Program-made: the position numbers and the translations under genes
The notes under the pieces: generated by a model
Database searches by the model: none
What the model was told of the DNA's origin: nothing
The model's input: the letters and a program-made list of their open reading frames with translations, nothing else
Assembly (NCBI GenBank): GCA_964532525.1
Contig: CAZHIM010000012.1
Span: 15,459-79,458 of the forward strand
Source: an uncultured Bifidobacteriaceae bacterium
GTDB lineage: Bacteria > Verrucomicrobiota > Verrucomicrobiia > Limisphaerales > UBA11358
DNA: 64,000 nucleotides
Direction: 5' to 3'
Part shown: positions 28,465 to 39,099 of the stretch, piece after piece
Numbering within the stretch: the first letter of the stretch is position 1
Layout of the letters: every line of letters starts with the position of its first letter

Positions 28465-30387
28465 TCACTCGCCCGTGGGCGCGATCCGCGAGGGCGCGCC
28501 GGCATCCGGCGGAGCGGCCGGGGCCGTCTCGAAATCGGCGGGGAGATCTTCCGGGAGCAGGGTGGTGAGGGCCTCGCGGTCGCACTGGCCGGTGCTGACG
28601 AGGCGGGTGCTTTGGTTGCGCACGGCGGCCTCGAAGAGGTTGCGCATTTCACGGGCGTTGCCGAAATTCGCGGCGCGGGCGTCGTACAGCCGGCGGGCCA
28701 GGGCGAGCACCGCGGCGTTGGTTTCCGGCGAGCAGACCAGCCCGCTGTGCGCGGCCATGCGATGAAAAATCTCCGCCAACTCCTCAGGCGGATAATCCGG
28801 AAATTTCAAATAGTTGGTGAAGCGGGATTCCAAGCCGGGATTGGCGGCGATGAATTGTTCCATGGGCCCGGTGTAGCCGGCCACGATGACGATGAGGCGG
28901 TCGCGGTCGTCCTCCATGCGCTTGAGGAGGGTCTCGATGGCTTCGTTGCCAAAATCCTCGGCGCCGCGCCCGGCCAGGGAGTAGGCCTCGTCAATGAACA
29001 GGATGCCGTCGAGCGCGGAATCAATCATGGCGTGGGTGCGGACGGCGGTCTGGCCCACGTATTCGGCCACGAGCCGGCCGCGGTCGCACTCGACGACGTG
29101 ACCGCGGCGGAGGAGGCCCAGCGACTTGTAAATGCGGCCCATGAGGCGGGCCACGGTGGTCTTGCCGGTGCCCGGGTTGCCGAAGAACACACTGTGCAGG
29201 CTGGCCTGCACGGCGGGCAATCCCTGCTGGCGGCGCATGACCTGCATGCGGGCGAAATCCGTGGCCCGATGAATCTCCTTCTTGACCGGCTCCATGCCCA
29301 CCAGCGCGTCCAGCTCCTTGAGGATGGCGGCCAGGTCCTCCTCGCTCACGCCGGGGTCGGCGGCGAGGGCGTTGAAATCCGCGGCGTACTGCCGGGACAC
29401 CTCGGTGAACTGCGCGGAGAGCACGGCGGAACGGCGGCGGCAGGCGGCGGTCATTTCGTGGTCCATATTGGCCAGGGTCAGGGCCAGCGTCTGGAAGGTG
29501 CGCCGGATGAACTCGATGGTGACGGGTTGCAGGCCCAGGTCGAGCGCGTGGCTGGTGAGCAGCTTGAAGATTTCGTCCAGGCCGTATTGGTCCAGCGGCT
29601 GCAACATCGTGGCCACGCGTTCCATGGCGCGGCGGCCGCCCTTGTCGAACCATTTGCGGAAGGCTTCCTGGTTGGCGTTGCTGGCGGCGTAGCCGGATTC
29701 CAGCAGCGCCTGGGCGTCGTCCGGACGGGGAGCCAGGGCGGCGGTGCAAGCCGTCAGCGCGCCGTAGGCCTGCAAGGGGGCGGCGTCGGTGGCCAGCCGC
29801 TGCCACATGGCCAGTGCCAGGAGGCGGAGCAGGCTGTGGAGATCGTCAATCAAATCGAATTCCTCGCCGTCAATGCGCTTGATGGTCATGAGCGGCGGCG
29901 TGAGGATCTGGACGCACTCGATGAGCAGGCGCAACTGGAGGATGCTGTTGAGGATGGCGCCCTCCTTGGCGATTTCGTAGCCGCAGGCGTCGGCCCGCCA
30001 GTCGGCGTGCCGCATCAACTGCAGGGCGCGGCGCGAATGCGATTCAATGCTGGCGCGCAGGCGCGCGGCGTCGTCGTCGGTGAAGAGCGAGTGGGTCAGG
30101 TAATAATTGACCAGGTAATCGGACGACATTCCGTCCAGCTCGGTGAGCTCGTCCGCCTTGAAGGAGACGGTGCGGCCGGACTTGGGATTGCGGAACAGGG
30201 TGGTGAGGATGGAGCCGGGCAGGAATGCTTCATGCACCGGCAGGGGCGGGCGGGACGGTTCCTGGACGCGCGGCAGCCCGGGGGGGGCCTGGGTGACGGC
30301 CTCCAAGTCCTGGGCGCGACGGAGGCACTCCCCAAGTTGCTTGCGCAGCTTGGCTTCTTCCGATTCGGTTTGCCGGCTGGTATCCAT
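28465..30387 (-). CDS. SpoVK/CbbX-like AAA ATPase with long unrecognised N-terminal domain
   Basis: [47 protein letters not shown]. Confidence 0.9.
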   Translation of the reverse strand: MDTSRQTESEEAKLRKQLGECLRRAQDLEAVTQAPPGLPRVQEPSRPPLPVHEAFLPGSILTTLFRNPKSGRTVSFKADELTELDGMSSDYLVNYYLTHSLFTDDDAARLRASIESHSRRALQLMRHADWRADACGYEIAKEGAILNSILQLRLLIECVQILTPPLMTIKRIDGEEFDLIDDLHSLLRLLALAMWQRLATDAAPLQAYGALTACTAALAPRPDDAQALLESGYAASNANQEAFRKWFDKGGRRAMERVATMLQPLDQYGLDEIFKLLTSHALDLGLQPVTIEFIRRTFQTLALTLANMDHEMTAACRRRSAVLSAQFTEVSRQYAADFNALAADPGVSEEDLAAILKELDALVGMEPVKKEIHRATDFARMQVMRRQQGLPAVQASLHSVFFGNPGTGKTTVARLMGRIYKSLGLLRRGHVVECDRGRLVAEYVGQTAVRTHAMIDSALDGILFIDEAYSLAGRGAEDFGNEAIETLLKRMEDDRDRLIVIVAGYTGPMEQFIAANPGLESRFTNYLKFPDYPPEELAEIFHRMAAHSGLVCSPETNAAVLALARRLYDARAANFGNAREMRNLFEAAVRNQSTRLVSTGQCDREALTTLLPEDLPADFETAPAAPPDAGAPSRIAPTGE

Positions 30388-30558
30388 TTAAAAAAAGTCG
30401 GGTCGTCGCGCCAATTTTCCCAGCCAGCCGTGGGATGGCAAGCTTATAGCGGCTTCGGGCGGGAAACCGGGGTCGAATTTTCCTTTCGTTTGCGGCGGAA
30501 TCCGTGTTTCATGGTGACCGTTTACGTTGCAATCCGGCAACGGCACATCGTCATTTTA

Positions 30559-32076
30559 ATGCCCAAACGCACCGACATTCACAGCGTTCTCATCATCGGC
30601 GCCGGGCCGATCATCATCGGCCAGGCGTGCGAGTTCGATTATTCCGGCACCCAGGCGTGCAAGGCCCTCCGGGAGGAAGGCTACCGCGTGGTGCTGGTGA
30701 ACTCCAATCCGGCCACGATCATGACCGATCCGGAGTTTGCCGACCGCACGTACATTGAGCCGATCACGCCCGAGGCGGTGGAAAAGATCATCGTGCGCGA
30801 GCAGGAGGAACTGCGGCGGCTGGGCGTGAGCGACAAGCTGGTGCTGCTGCCGACGCTCGGCGGGCAGACCGCGCTGAACACCGCCATGGCGCTGCACCGC
30901 AACGGCGCGCTGGCGCGGCACAACGTGGAAATGATCGGGGCCAAGCCCGACGCCATCACCAAGGGCGAGGACCGCCTGGCGTTCAAGGAACTGATGCTGA
31001 AGATCGGCCTGGACGTGCCGGTTTCCGGCGTGGCGCACAACATGAACGAGGCGCGCAGCATCGCGGAGACCGTGGGGCGCCTGCCGCTCATCATCCGGCC
31101 GGCGTTCACGCTGGGCGGCACCGGCGGCGGCATCGCCTACAACGGCGACGAATTCGAGGAAATCGCCAAACGCGGCATGGACCTTTCGCCCGTTTCGGAG
31201 ATTCTCATCGAGGAATCCCTGCTGGGCTGGAAGGAATACGAAATGGAAGTGATGCGCGACCAGGCGGACAACTGCGTGATCATCTGCTCCATCGAAAATT
31301 TCGATCCCATGGGCGTGCACACCGGCGACAGCATCACCGTGGCGCCGATCCAGACGCTGACGGACAAGGAATACCAGATCATGCGCGACCAGAGCTTCGC
31401 CGTGATCCGGGCCGTGGGCGTGGAGACGGGCGGGTCGAACATCCAGTTTGGCGTGAACCCGGACAACGGCCGGATGGTGATCATCGAGATGAACCCGCGC
31501 GTGTCGCGCAGCTCCGCGCTGGCGTCCAAGGCCACCGGCTTTCCCATCGCCAAGATCGCCGCGAAGCTGGCGGTGGGCTACCTGCTGGACGAAATCCGCA
31601 ACGACATCACGCGCGAGACGCCGGCGAGTTTCGAGCCGACGATTGACTACGTGGTGACGAAGATCCCGCGGTTTGCATTTGAGAAATTTCCGCAGGCCGA
31701 TCCCACGCTCACCACGCAGATGAAGAGCGTGGGCGAGGCGATGGCCATCGGGCGCACGTTCAAGGAGAGCCTGCAAAAATGCCTGCGCTCCCTGGAAATC
31801 GGCCGCAGCGGCCTGGGCGGCGACGGCAAGCCGTGGCGCATCGGCACCGAAATTTATGGCGACCGCGACATCCTGCCGCGGGAGGTCATCAGCCGCAAGC
31901 TGAGCGTGCCCAACGCCGAACGCATTTTCTTCATCCGCCACGCCTTCCGCGCGGGCTTCACCGTGGACCAGATCTTCAACCTGACCAAGATTGACCGCTG
32001 GTTTTTGACGCAGATCAAGGAGATCGTGGATTTCGAGGAAGAACTGGCGGCGACGAAACCGGCGGTGAAAAATTAG
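30559..32076 (+). CDS. carB: Carbamoyl-phosphate synthase large subunit, N-terminal half only (505 aa)
   Basis: [55 protein letters not shown]; stop follows [18 protein letters not shown]. Confidence 0.93.
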   Translation: MPKRTDIHSVLIIGAGPIIIGQACEFDYSGTQACKALREEGYRVVLVNSNPATIMTDPEFADRTYIEPITPEAVEKIIVREQEELRRLGVSDKLVLLPTLGGQTALNTAMALHRNGALARHNVEMIGAKPDAITKGEDRLAFKELMLKIGLDVPVSGVAHNMNEARSIAETVGRLPLIIRPAFTLGGTGGGIAYNGDEFEEIAKRGMDLSPVSEILIEESLLGWKEYEMEVMRDQADNCVIICSIENFDPMGVHTGDSITVAPIQTLTDKEYQIMRDQSFAVIRAVGVETGGSNIQFGVNPDNGRMVIIEMNPRVSRSSALASKATGFPIAKIAAKLAVGYLLDEIRNDITRETPASFEPTIDYVVTKIPRFAFEKFPQADPTLTTQMKSVGEAMAIGRTFKESLQKCLRSLEIGRSGLGGDGKPWRIGTEIYGDRDILPREVISRKLSVPNAERIFFIRHAFRAGFTVDQIFNLTKIDRWFLTQIKEIVDFEEELAATKPAVKN

Positions 32077-32168
32077 GCGGCGGCGCGTCCGCCGCGCCGC
32101 TCAGAGCCGGTCCGAAAACTCACGGGGATACAGTTTCCCCGCCGCCACTCCGCCCGCGCGTTCCGACC

Positions 32169-33593
32169 TCAAAAACGCAGGTCCCGCTCCCCGCCGCGGA
32201 TGCGGGCCAGGTAACCCACCGTCTTGGCGCGCCGCTTCTCGTCCGGCACATTGCGCAATTCCCGTTCGATCATCTGCCGGCCCGCCGCCGCGAGTTCCTG
32301 GTCGCCATAGTCCGTGATGTATTCCTCGAACGTCAGCAGCGCATTCGGCAGGCAGAAATTCCCGATCTGCCCCGACTTGGCCAGCGGCATGAAGCGGTCT
32401 CCCGTCCGGCCCGCGCGATAGCACGCCGTGCAATAGCTCGGCACATAGCCGTTCCCCACAAGCCACTTCACCACCTCCTGCGGCGTGCGATGGTCCGCCA
32501 GGTTGAACTGCGGCGCCTCCTCCCGTCCCGCCGCGTCCACCATGGCGCGCTGGGCATAGCCGCCCACCCCCACGCAGGAACCCGCGCTCATCTGCGAAAT
32601 GCCGATCTCCAGCAATTCCTTGCGAAACGCCGGGCTTTCCCGCGTCGAGACAATCATCCCGGTGTACGGCACCGCCAGGCGAATCACCGCGACCAGCTTC
32701 TTGAAATCGCGGTCGTTCACCAGGTAGGGAAACTCCGCCCGGTTCACCCCCACCGCCGGCAGCAGCCGCGGAAACGAAATCGTATGCGGCCCCACGCGGA
32801 TCGCCTCCAAATGTTCCGCGTGCATCAGCAGCGCCACCGTCTCGTAACGATAATCATACAGCCCGTACAGCGGCCCGACCCCCACGTCATCCAGCCCGCC
32901 CCCGAGCAACGCGCGGTCCATGGCCTGCGTGTGCCACTCATAATTCGCCTTGGGCCCCGCGTGCAGCGCGAGGTAAGTCGGCTTGTGGTAAGTCTCTTGA
33001 AACAGCAGGTACGTGCCAATGCCCGCCGCCTTCAGCTTCCGGTAATTCTCCTCCGTCGTCGCCGCGATATCCACGTTCACCCGCCGAATGGCGCCATTCT
33101 TGAATTTCTCCGCGTAGATCGTCTTCATGCACTCCAGGATGTATTCGATCGGGCAGCGCTGGTCGTCCTCGCCCGCCTCCAGCAACAGCCGCTTCTGGCC
33201 CATCGCCTCCAGCGCGCGAATCTCCGCCCGCAATTCCTCCTGCGTCAGTTGATGCCGCCCAATGTCGTTCGCGCGCCGGTAACCGCAGTACTTGCAGTTG
33301 TTCACGCAATAGCTGGACAAATACAGCGGCGCAAACAGCACGATCCGTTTGCCATAAATCGTCTCCTTCACCTGCCGCGCCAGATGATACATCCGCTCCA
33401 GCGTCGCGTCGTCTTCCAGCGCCAGCAACACCGAGGCCTCGCGGTGCGTCAGCCCCTTGCACGTCGCCGCCTTCGCCAGGATCTGATCAATCACCGCCGG
33501 CTGGCGGGCCCGCGCCGGCGCCGCCGCCAGCGAGGCCAATATCTCTCCGTCGTCTATGAACTCGTTTGCATCCGCTGATTTTACATTATACAT
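32169..33593 (-). CDS. hydG: [FeFe]-hydrogenase H-cluster radical SAM maturase HydG
   Basis: APLYLSSYCVNNCKYCGY (CxxxCxxC); C-terminal YCTACY...NFCLPNA second-cluster motif, which distinguishes HydG from ThiH. Confidence 0.9.
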   Translation of the reverse strand: MYNVKSADANEFIDDGEILASLAAAPARARQPAVIDQILAKAATCKGLTHREASVLLALEDDATLERMYHLARQVKETIYGKRIVLFAPLYLSSYCVNNCKYCGYRRANDIGRHQLTQEELRAEIRALEAMGQKRLLLEAGEDDQRCPIEYILECMKTIYAEKFKNGAIRRVNVDIAATTEENYRKLKAAGIGTYLLFQETYHKPTYLALHAGPKANYEWHTQAMDRALLGGGLDDVGVGPLYGLYDYRYETVALLMHAEHLEAIRVGPHTISFPRLLPAVGVNRAEFPYLVNDRDFKKLVAVIRLAVPYTGMIVSTRESPAFRKELLEIGISQMSAGSCVGVGGYAQRAMVDAAGREEAPQFNLADHRTPQEVVKWLVGNGYVPSYCTACYRAGRTGDRFMPLAKSGQIGNFCLPNALLTFEEYITDYGDQELAAAGRQMIERELRNVPDEKRRAKTVGYLARIRGGERDLRF

Positions 33594-33871
33594 AAATCGT
33601 TGGGCTGTCCGGCGCGCTCCTTCTCGGGCGCCTTGGTCACCATTGATTTCACGGTGACACCTGGGACGCGGCCCAATTTCCCCGTCAACGCGCTGATCTC
33701 GTCGTTCGTGCCGTCAACAATCAGCGAAATCACCGACACGCCGCGCTCGCGATAGGGAATGCCCATGCGGCCGACGATCAGCCTGGCATGCTCATGCAGG
33801 ATGGCGTTGACTTGCTCCGCGCAGTTGAGTTTATCCACAACGATGCCGACGATGCCGATCCGGGGTTTCAT
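33581..33871 (-). CDS. TM1266-family iron-only hydrogenase system putative regulator (ACT-like)
   Basis: RIGIVGIVV...ILHEHARLIVGRMGIPYRERGVSVISLIVD...LTGKLGRVPGVTVKS; overlaps the hydG start. Confidence 0.85.
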   Translation of the reverse strand: MKPRIGIVGIVVDKLNCAEQVNAILHEHARLIVGRMGIPYRERGVSVISLIVDGTNDEISALTGKLGRVPGVTVKSMVTKAPEKERAGQPNDLCIM

Positions 33872-34093
33872 GATAGTACAGGTGAATGAGGGAAAGACAC
33901 GCGCGTGAACTTCCCGCGCTCCCGCGTGAGAAGAGATCGAAGGCATACCATTGGAAGCCACGAAATCATGTTGCACGAACGCCTTCCCGCTCGGAATCAC
34001 CTCACGGTCAGGTAAAACAAAACCCGCCCCATGCCCCCAAGCGGAACCATCCGCAAGCAGACACGCAGCCCCTCTCACCCTGTGGTCAGCAAT

Positions 34094-34122
34094 ACGATAC
34101 CCCTCGAACCACTGCTTGTCCA
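34094..34122 (-). promoter_or_regulatory. Sigma70-like promoter upstream of the regulator-hydG operon
   Basis: TGGACA-17 bp-TATCGT on the minus strand. Confidence 0.5.
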
Positions 34123-34162
34123 GCCAGGGCGGAAAGGCGCAATGGACATTCATTGACGGCCC

Positions 34163-36718
34163 CTAGCCCGTCAAGCTTCCCAGCCGCCGCAGGCGCAGGA
34201 AGGGCTCACTCAGTTTGCGCGATTCGGCGAGGTCTATCTCGAATTCCGCCACCCAGTCGTTGTCGCCCGCCGGGTCCACCAGCATCTGTTGCACGCGCCA
34301 GGTTTTCTTGTCCTCCGCAGGCGTCACGTAGGTGTGGCGGACGTTGCGGGCATTGGGATCGAGGCAAATGCGTTCGTGGTCCGCGTAGTACGCGTCCAAG
34401 GCCTGTTGGAGCCGCTCCGGCGTCCATGGCTGGCCGTCCGGGTCGGCGGGTGAATTCAGGCCGGCGAGGGCCTGCTCGTAGTCCTCGATGATCAGGCCGC
34501 GCAGGAAGGTGAAGAGGCGGTTGCGGATGGCGGCGGTGAAGGCCCGGGTGTCGCGCGTGACGTCGGCGGCGGCCTCCTCGGCGCCGGGCGGGCGGGCCTC
34601 GCGGGTTTCGGCCGGGCGGTAATTGGGGTCGCGCATTTTCTCCCACTCGTCGAGCAGGCTGGAATCCACCTGGCGGATGAGGGTGCCGAGATAGAGTTCC
34701 ATTTCGCGGAGCGCGTCGTTCTTGGCGGTGTCGGGCACGGTCTGGGTGAGCACCTTGAACACGCTGTTCAAATAGCGCAGCAGCACGCCCTCGGCGCGTT
34801 GCAGCTCGTACAGCTTGATATAGTCGCCGAAGGAGCGGAACTCCTCGAACATTTCGCGGGCGACGGATTTGGGCCGGATGTTTTCCTGGCCCACCCACGG
34901 ATGGCGCGCGGCAAAATTGTTGAACGTGGAATAGACGAACTCGCGGTTGGGCTTGGGGTACTCCAGCTTTTCCAACTCCTCCATGCGCTGGTCATACTCG
35001 ATGCCTTCCATTTTCATCTCCGCCATCTTCTGGTCTTTCACCTTATCGAGCTGCTTGCGCAAAATGATGTCGGGATCTTCGAGGATGGACTCGACGAGCG
35101 TGAGCAGGACCAGCGCGTAATCCGGCGCCTGGGGGTCCATGCGGGGAATGGTTTCCAGCAGGTACAGGGAGAGCGCCTGGTCCATGGAAAAATCGTCCTG
35201 GAGCTCGACGTTGACGCGGAGTTTGCGGCCGGTGGGCGCGGGGGGCTGGATGAACTCGATGATTTTGTGGTCGAGCAGGGAGCGGAACAACTGCCAGGCG
35301 CGGCGCAGATGGGCCTTTTTGGCCTTGGGCGTTTCGTGGCAATCGCGGAGGAGCTGCAGCATGGCGGCGCAGCCGTCGCCGTCCCGGCTCAGGACGTTGA
35401 GCAGCATGCCGTGGGTGACCTGGAAACGCGACGTGAGCCGCTCGGGCAGCGCGGCGATGAGGCGGTTGAAGGTGTTCTTGTCCCAATTGACAAAATTCTT
35501 CTCCGGGGGCTGGTGTTTGACGGACTTCTTGCCGGCGCGCGCGGCTTTCTCGGCCAGCTTGAGATTTTCGATGACATGTTCGGGGGCCTGGGCGATGACC
35601 CAGCCCTGGGTGTCGAAGCCCTTGCGCCCGGCCCGGCCGCTGATCTGGTGAAAGTCGCGCGCACTGAGGATGCCGGTTTTCTGGCCGTCGAACTTGCACA
35701 GGCGCGTGAACAGCACGGTGCGGATGGGCACGTTGATGCCCACGCCCAGGGTGTCGGTGCCGCAGATGACCTTGAGCAGGCCCGCTTGCGCGAGCTGCTC
35801 GACGAGCACGCGGTACTTGGGCAGGAGGCCGGCATGGTGCAGGCCGATGCCGTGCCGCAGCCACTTCTTGATTTCCGGGCCGTACGGGCTGCTGAACTTG
35901 AAGCCCTCGAGCCGGCCGGCGATGGCGGCCTTTTCCTCGCGGGTGCAGACGTTGATGCTGGTGAAGTCCTGCGCGCTCTGCGCGGCTTCGAGCTGGGTGA
36001 AATGGACCACATAGACCGGCGCGCGCCCGCCGGCCGCGAGGGTTTCCAGCGTCTTGGCCAGCGGCAGTTCGGAATATTCGTAGGCCAGCGGCACGGGGCG
36101 GTCGGCGGAGAAAACCGTGGCCGTGGGGCGGCCGTTGAGGCGGGTGAGCTCGGCCTCGAAAAAGGTGGTGTCGCCGAGGGTGGCGGACATGAGGAGAAAC
36201 CGCGTCTGCGGGAGCGTGAGCAGCGGCACCTGCCAGGCCACGCCGCGCTCGCGGTCGGCGTAATAATGGAACTCGTCCATGACGACGTCGCGGATATTGG
36301 CGGCGGCGCCCTCGCGCAGCGCGATGTTGGCCAGGATTTCGGCGGTGCAGCAGAGGATGGGCGCGTCGCGGTTCACCGAGGCGTCGCCGGTGCTCAGCCC
36401 GACGTTGTCCGGGCCGAATTCACGGCAGAGGGCCATGAATTTTTCATTCACCAGCGCCTTGATCGGGCAGGTGTAAACGGAGCGGCGGCCGCGGGCGATG
36501 GCCTGGAAATGGAGGGCGGTGGCGACGAGCGATTTGCCGGAGCCGGTGGGGGTGTTGAGAATGACGTTCTTTTCGTCAAACAACTCGAGGATGGCGTTTT
36601 CCTGGGCGGGATAAAGCTGGAGCCGCCGGCCGGAGACATAATCGAGAAAGCGTGAAAGCAGCAGGTCGTTGCCGGGCCGTTCCTCGCGCGGGATCAAATC
36701 GTAAAGTGTGGCGGACAC
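34163..36718 (-). CDS. Ski2-like DEAD/DEAH helicase with DUF3516-like C-terminus
   Basis: [38 protein letters not shown]. Confidence 0.92.
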   Translation of the reverse strand: MSATLYDLIPREERPGNDLLLSRFLDYVSGRRLQLYPAQENAILELFDEKNVILNTPTGSGKSLVATALHFQAIARGRRSVYTCPIKALVNEKFMALCREFGPDNVGLSTGDASVNRDAPILCCTAEILANIALREGAAANIRDVVMDEFHYYADRERGVAWQVPLLTLPQTRFLLMSATLGDTTFFEAELTRLNGRPTATVFSADRPVPLAYEYSELPLAKTLETLAAGGRAPVYVVHFTQLEAAQSAQDFTSINVCTREEKAAIAGRLEGFKFSSPYGPEIKKWLRHGIGLHHAGLLPKYRVLVEQLAQAGLLKVICGTDTLGVGINVPIRTVLFTRLCKFDGQKTGILSARDFHQISGRAGRKGFDTQGWVIAQAPEHVIENLKLAEKAARAGKKSVKHQPPEKNFVNWDKNTFNRLIAALPERLTSRFQVTHGMLLNVLSRDGDGCAAMLQLLRDCHETPKAKKAHLRRAWQLFRSLLDHKIIEFIQPPAPTGRKLRVNVELQDDFSMDQALSLYLLETIPRMDPQAPDYALVLLTLVESILEDPDIILRKQLDKVKDQKMAEMKMEGIEYDQRMEELEKLEYPKPNREFVYSTFNNFAARHPWVGQENIRPKSVAREMFEEFRSFGDYIKLYELQRAEGVLLRYLNSVFKVLTQTVPDTAKNDALREMELYLGTLIRQVDSSLLDEWEKMRDPNYRPAETREARPPGAEEAAADVTRDTRAFTAAIRNRLFTFLRGLIIEDYEQALAGLNSPADPDGQPWTPERLQQALDAYYADHERICLDPNARNVRHTYVTPAEDKKTWRVQQMLVDPAGDNDWVAEFEIDLAESRKLSEPFLRLRRLGSLTG

Positions 36719-36871
36719 AGGGCCCGGAATCTATTCGTTATTGGCGAAAGTGGAAAGAAAGATGCACGGCGGCGGCCGGCCACCGGAAAAAAGGGGGCTT
36801 GCAATCTCCGCCGCACTGCGCTTAAAAGGGATACTACTCACGGCGCGAAAGCTTGCGTATCGGAAAGCAGC

Positions 36872-39091
36872 ATGTCCAAGCGTGATATCAGAACCGGACC
36901 GTCGAAAAGCGCCGCCGGGAACAAAAGCCCGGCGGCCGGGGGCACCGTCATGCTGGCGGCGGTGCTGGGTCTGCTGACGTTCGCCCTATACGCCCCCGTG
37001 CTGCATCATGGCTTCGTGGCGTTTGACGATGCCGCTTATGTGACCGCAAACGCCCGCGTGCAAGCGGGGTTGACGCCGGGCAATATCCCGTGGGCGTTCA
37101 CGAGCCTGGTTTCCGCCAACTGGCATCCGCTGACCGTTCTGTCCCACATGCTGGACTGCCAGTGGTACGGCTTGCGACCGTGGGGACATCATCTCACCAG
37201 CGTCTTGCTGCACGCCCTGAACACGGTGCTGGTCTTCCTGCTGTTGCTCCGCCTCACCGGGGCGCGGTGGCGCAGCGTAATGGTGGCGGCCCTCTTTGGC
37301 TGGCATCCACTGCACGTGGAGTCGGTGGCCTGGGTGGCGGAGCGCAAGGACGTCCTGAGCACCGGTTTTGGATTGCTGGCGTTGCTCCTGTACGCCCGGT
37401 TTGCCCGGGACGCCGGGGCTGGCGCCCGGGAACCGGGAGACAAACCGGACGGGGTTTTGCGCCGGGTCCCCGGTTCACGATTCTACTGGCTGGCCTGGCT
37501 CTGTTTTGTCCTGGGACTGCTGAGCAAGCCGATGCTGGTGACGTGGCCGTTTGTCATGTTGCTCTTGGATTATTGGCCGCTGAAACGGTTGTGGCGGGGC
37601 CGCGTGTGGCCATTGGTGGCGGAAAAAATTCCGTTCTTCGCCGTGGCGGCGGCGGTCAGCGTGGTGACTTTCCTGGCGCAAAGGGACGCGGGGGCGATGG
37701 TGCCGCTGACGGCCGCCTCCCCGGCGCTACGCTGCGAAAATGCGCCGGTTGCCTACGTCACGTACCTGGCGAAATTGTTTTGGCCCGCGCACCTGGCGGT
37801 GTTCTATCCCTTCCCCACCTCCCTGTCGGTCGCGGAGGCGGTGCTGGCCGGCGTGGCCCTGGGCGCCATCTCGGCGCTGGTGTGGCTGAAGCGGATGCGG
37901 CATCCGTATCTGCCGGTGGGGTGGTTCTGGTTTCTGGGCACGCTGGTGCCGGTCATCGGCCTGGTGCAGGTGGGCGGCCAGGGCGTGGCGGACCGCTACA
38001 CGTATATCCCTTCGGTGGGCGTGTTTATCCTGGTGGTGTGGGGCGCCCACGAATTCTCCCGCGATTGGCGGCGGCAAACACAGGTGCTGGCCGGGGCGGG
38101 CCTGGCCGCGCTCATCCTCTGCTGCGCGGCGAGCTGGCGGCAGGTCGGTTACTGGCAGAACACGGAAACCCTGTTCCGGCACGCGCTCACCGTGACCGCC
38201 GATAATTTCACGGCGCGCAACAACCTGGGGCTGGGGCTGCTGGAAGAGCGCCAGACCAATGCGGCCATCCACGAATTACAGGCCGCCGTGCGGTTCCATG
38301 CGGCCTCCAGCGAGGCCCACAACAACCTGGCCATTATTGAGGCGGCGGTTGGCAGGAACGCGGAAGCCATCACCGAATTTCAGCAGGCGCTCCAGGCCCG
38401 GCCGGATTATGCGGACGCCCATTTCAACTACGCCGCCTTGCTGGCCGGAATCGGGCAGACGAACCAGGCCATCGCCGAATATCAGCAGGCCCTGCGCCTT
38501 GAGCCGGACGATGCGGAAGCCGGCTACAAGCTGGCGAACCTGCTCGCCCGGAAAGGCCTGACCAACGAGGCCATCGGCCGGTTCCAAGAAACGCTGCGCC
38601 GGCAGCCGGATTACGCCGAAGCGCGCAACAATCTCGGCAGCCTGCTCATCGCCGCCGGCCGCACGAACGAGGGGGTGCGGCAATTCCAGACCGCCCTCCG
38701 CACCAAGCCGGACTATGCGGACGCCCACTTCAACCTGGGCAACGCGTTCCTGCGGAGCGGACAGATTGACGACGCCATCGCCCAATACCGCGCCGTTACC
38801 ATCCTCCAGTCCAATTCCGTGCCGGCGCACTATTATCTGGGCGTGGCGCTGGCCCGGAAAAACGACGCGGCCGGGGCAATCGCCGAGTTGGAGATGGCCC
38901 TCCGGCTGAAACCGGATTACGCCATGGCCCACAACCGGCTGGGCCTGCTCCTGGGCAGGCAGGGCCGGCTGGACGAAGCCATCAGCCATTTTCGCCAGGC
39001 CGTGCGGCTGAAGCCGGATTACGCCGAGGCCAACAACAACCTGGCCCGCGCGCTCGCGGCCGCAGGGGGCGGGGATGAGGCCGGGCCCTGA
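36872..39091 (+). CDS. TMTC-like membrane glycosyltransferase (GT-C) with C-terminal TPR array
   Basis: GFVAFDD..YV, NWHPLT, HPLHVESVAWVAERKDVL, ADRYTY; multiple PDYAEA/AHFNLG TPRs. Confidence 0.85.
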   Translation: MSKRDIRTGPSKSAAGNKSPAAGGTVMLAAVLGLLTFALYAPVLHHGFVAFDDAAYVTANARVQAGLTPGNIPWAFTSLVSANWHPLTVLSHMLDCQWYGLRPWGHHLTSVLLHALNTVLVFLLLLRLTGARWRSVMVAALFGWHPLHVESVAWVAERKDVLSTGFGLLALLLYARFARDAGAGAREPGDKPDGVLRRVPGSRFYWLAWLCFVLGLLSKPMLVTWPFVMLLLDYWPLKRLWRGRVWPLVAEKIPFFAVAAAVSVVTFLAQRDAGAMVPLTAASPALRCENAPVAYVTYLAKLFWPAHLAVFYPFPTSLSVAEAVLAGVALGAISALVWLKRMRHPYLPVGWFWFLGTLVPVIGLVQVGGQGVADRYTYIPSVGVFILVVWGAHEFSRDWRRQTQVLAGAGLAALILCCAASWRQVGYWQNTETLFRHALTVTADNFTARNNLGLGLLEERQTNAAIHELQAAVRFHAASSEAHNNLAIIEAAVGRNAEAITEFQQALQARPDYADAHFNYAALLAGIGQTNQAIAEYQQALRLEPDDAEAGYKLANLLARKGLTNEAIGRFQETLRRQPDYAEARNNLGSLLIAAGRTNEGVRQFQTALRTKPDYADAHFNLGNAFLRSGQIDDAIAQYRAVTILQSNSVPAHYYLGVALARKNDAAGAIAELEMALRLKPDYAMAHNRLGLLLGRQGRLDEAISHFRQAVRLKPDYAEANNNLARALAAAGGGDEAGP

Positions 39092-39099
39092 CGCGACGG

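Noticed and set aside
28372-30558. 1234-aa ORF apparently fusing an unknown domain to CarB
   Set aside because: The upstream ~730 codons are the antisense of the AAA ATPase gene; CarB begins at the canonical MPKRTD (30559).
32169-33593. thiH annotation
   Set aside because: C-terminal CxxC...C cluster motif and TM1266 partner indicate HydG; no thi genes nearby.
33960-34085. TPP riboswitch or Tyr T-box upstream of hydG
   Set aside because: TGAGA, ACCTGA and TGGT are present, but P2 pairing/spacing and the UGGNACC antiterminator are not; kept only as an unknown structured leader.
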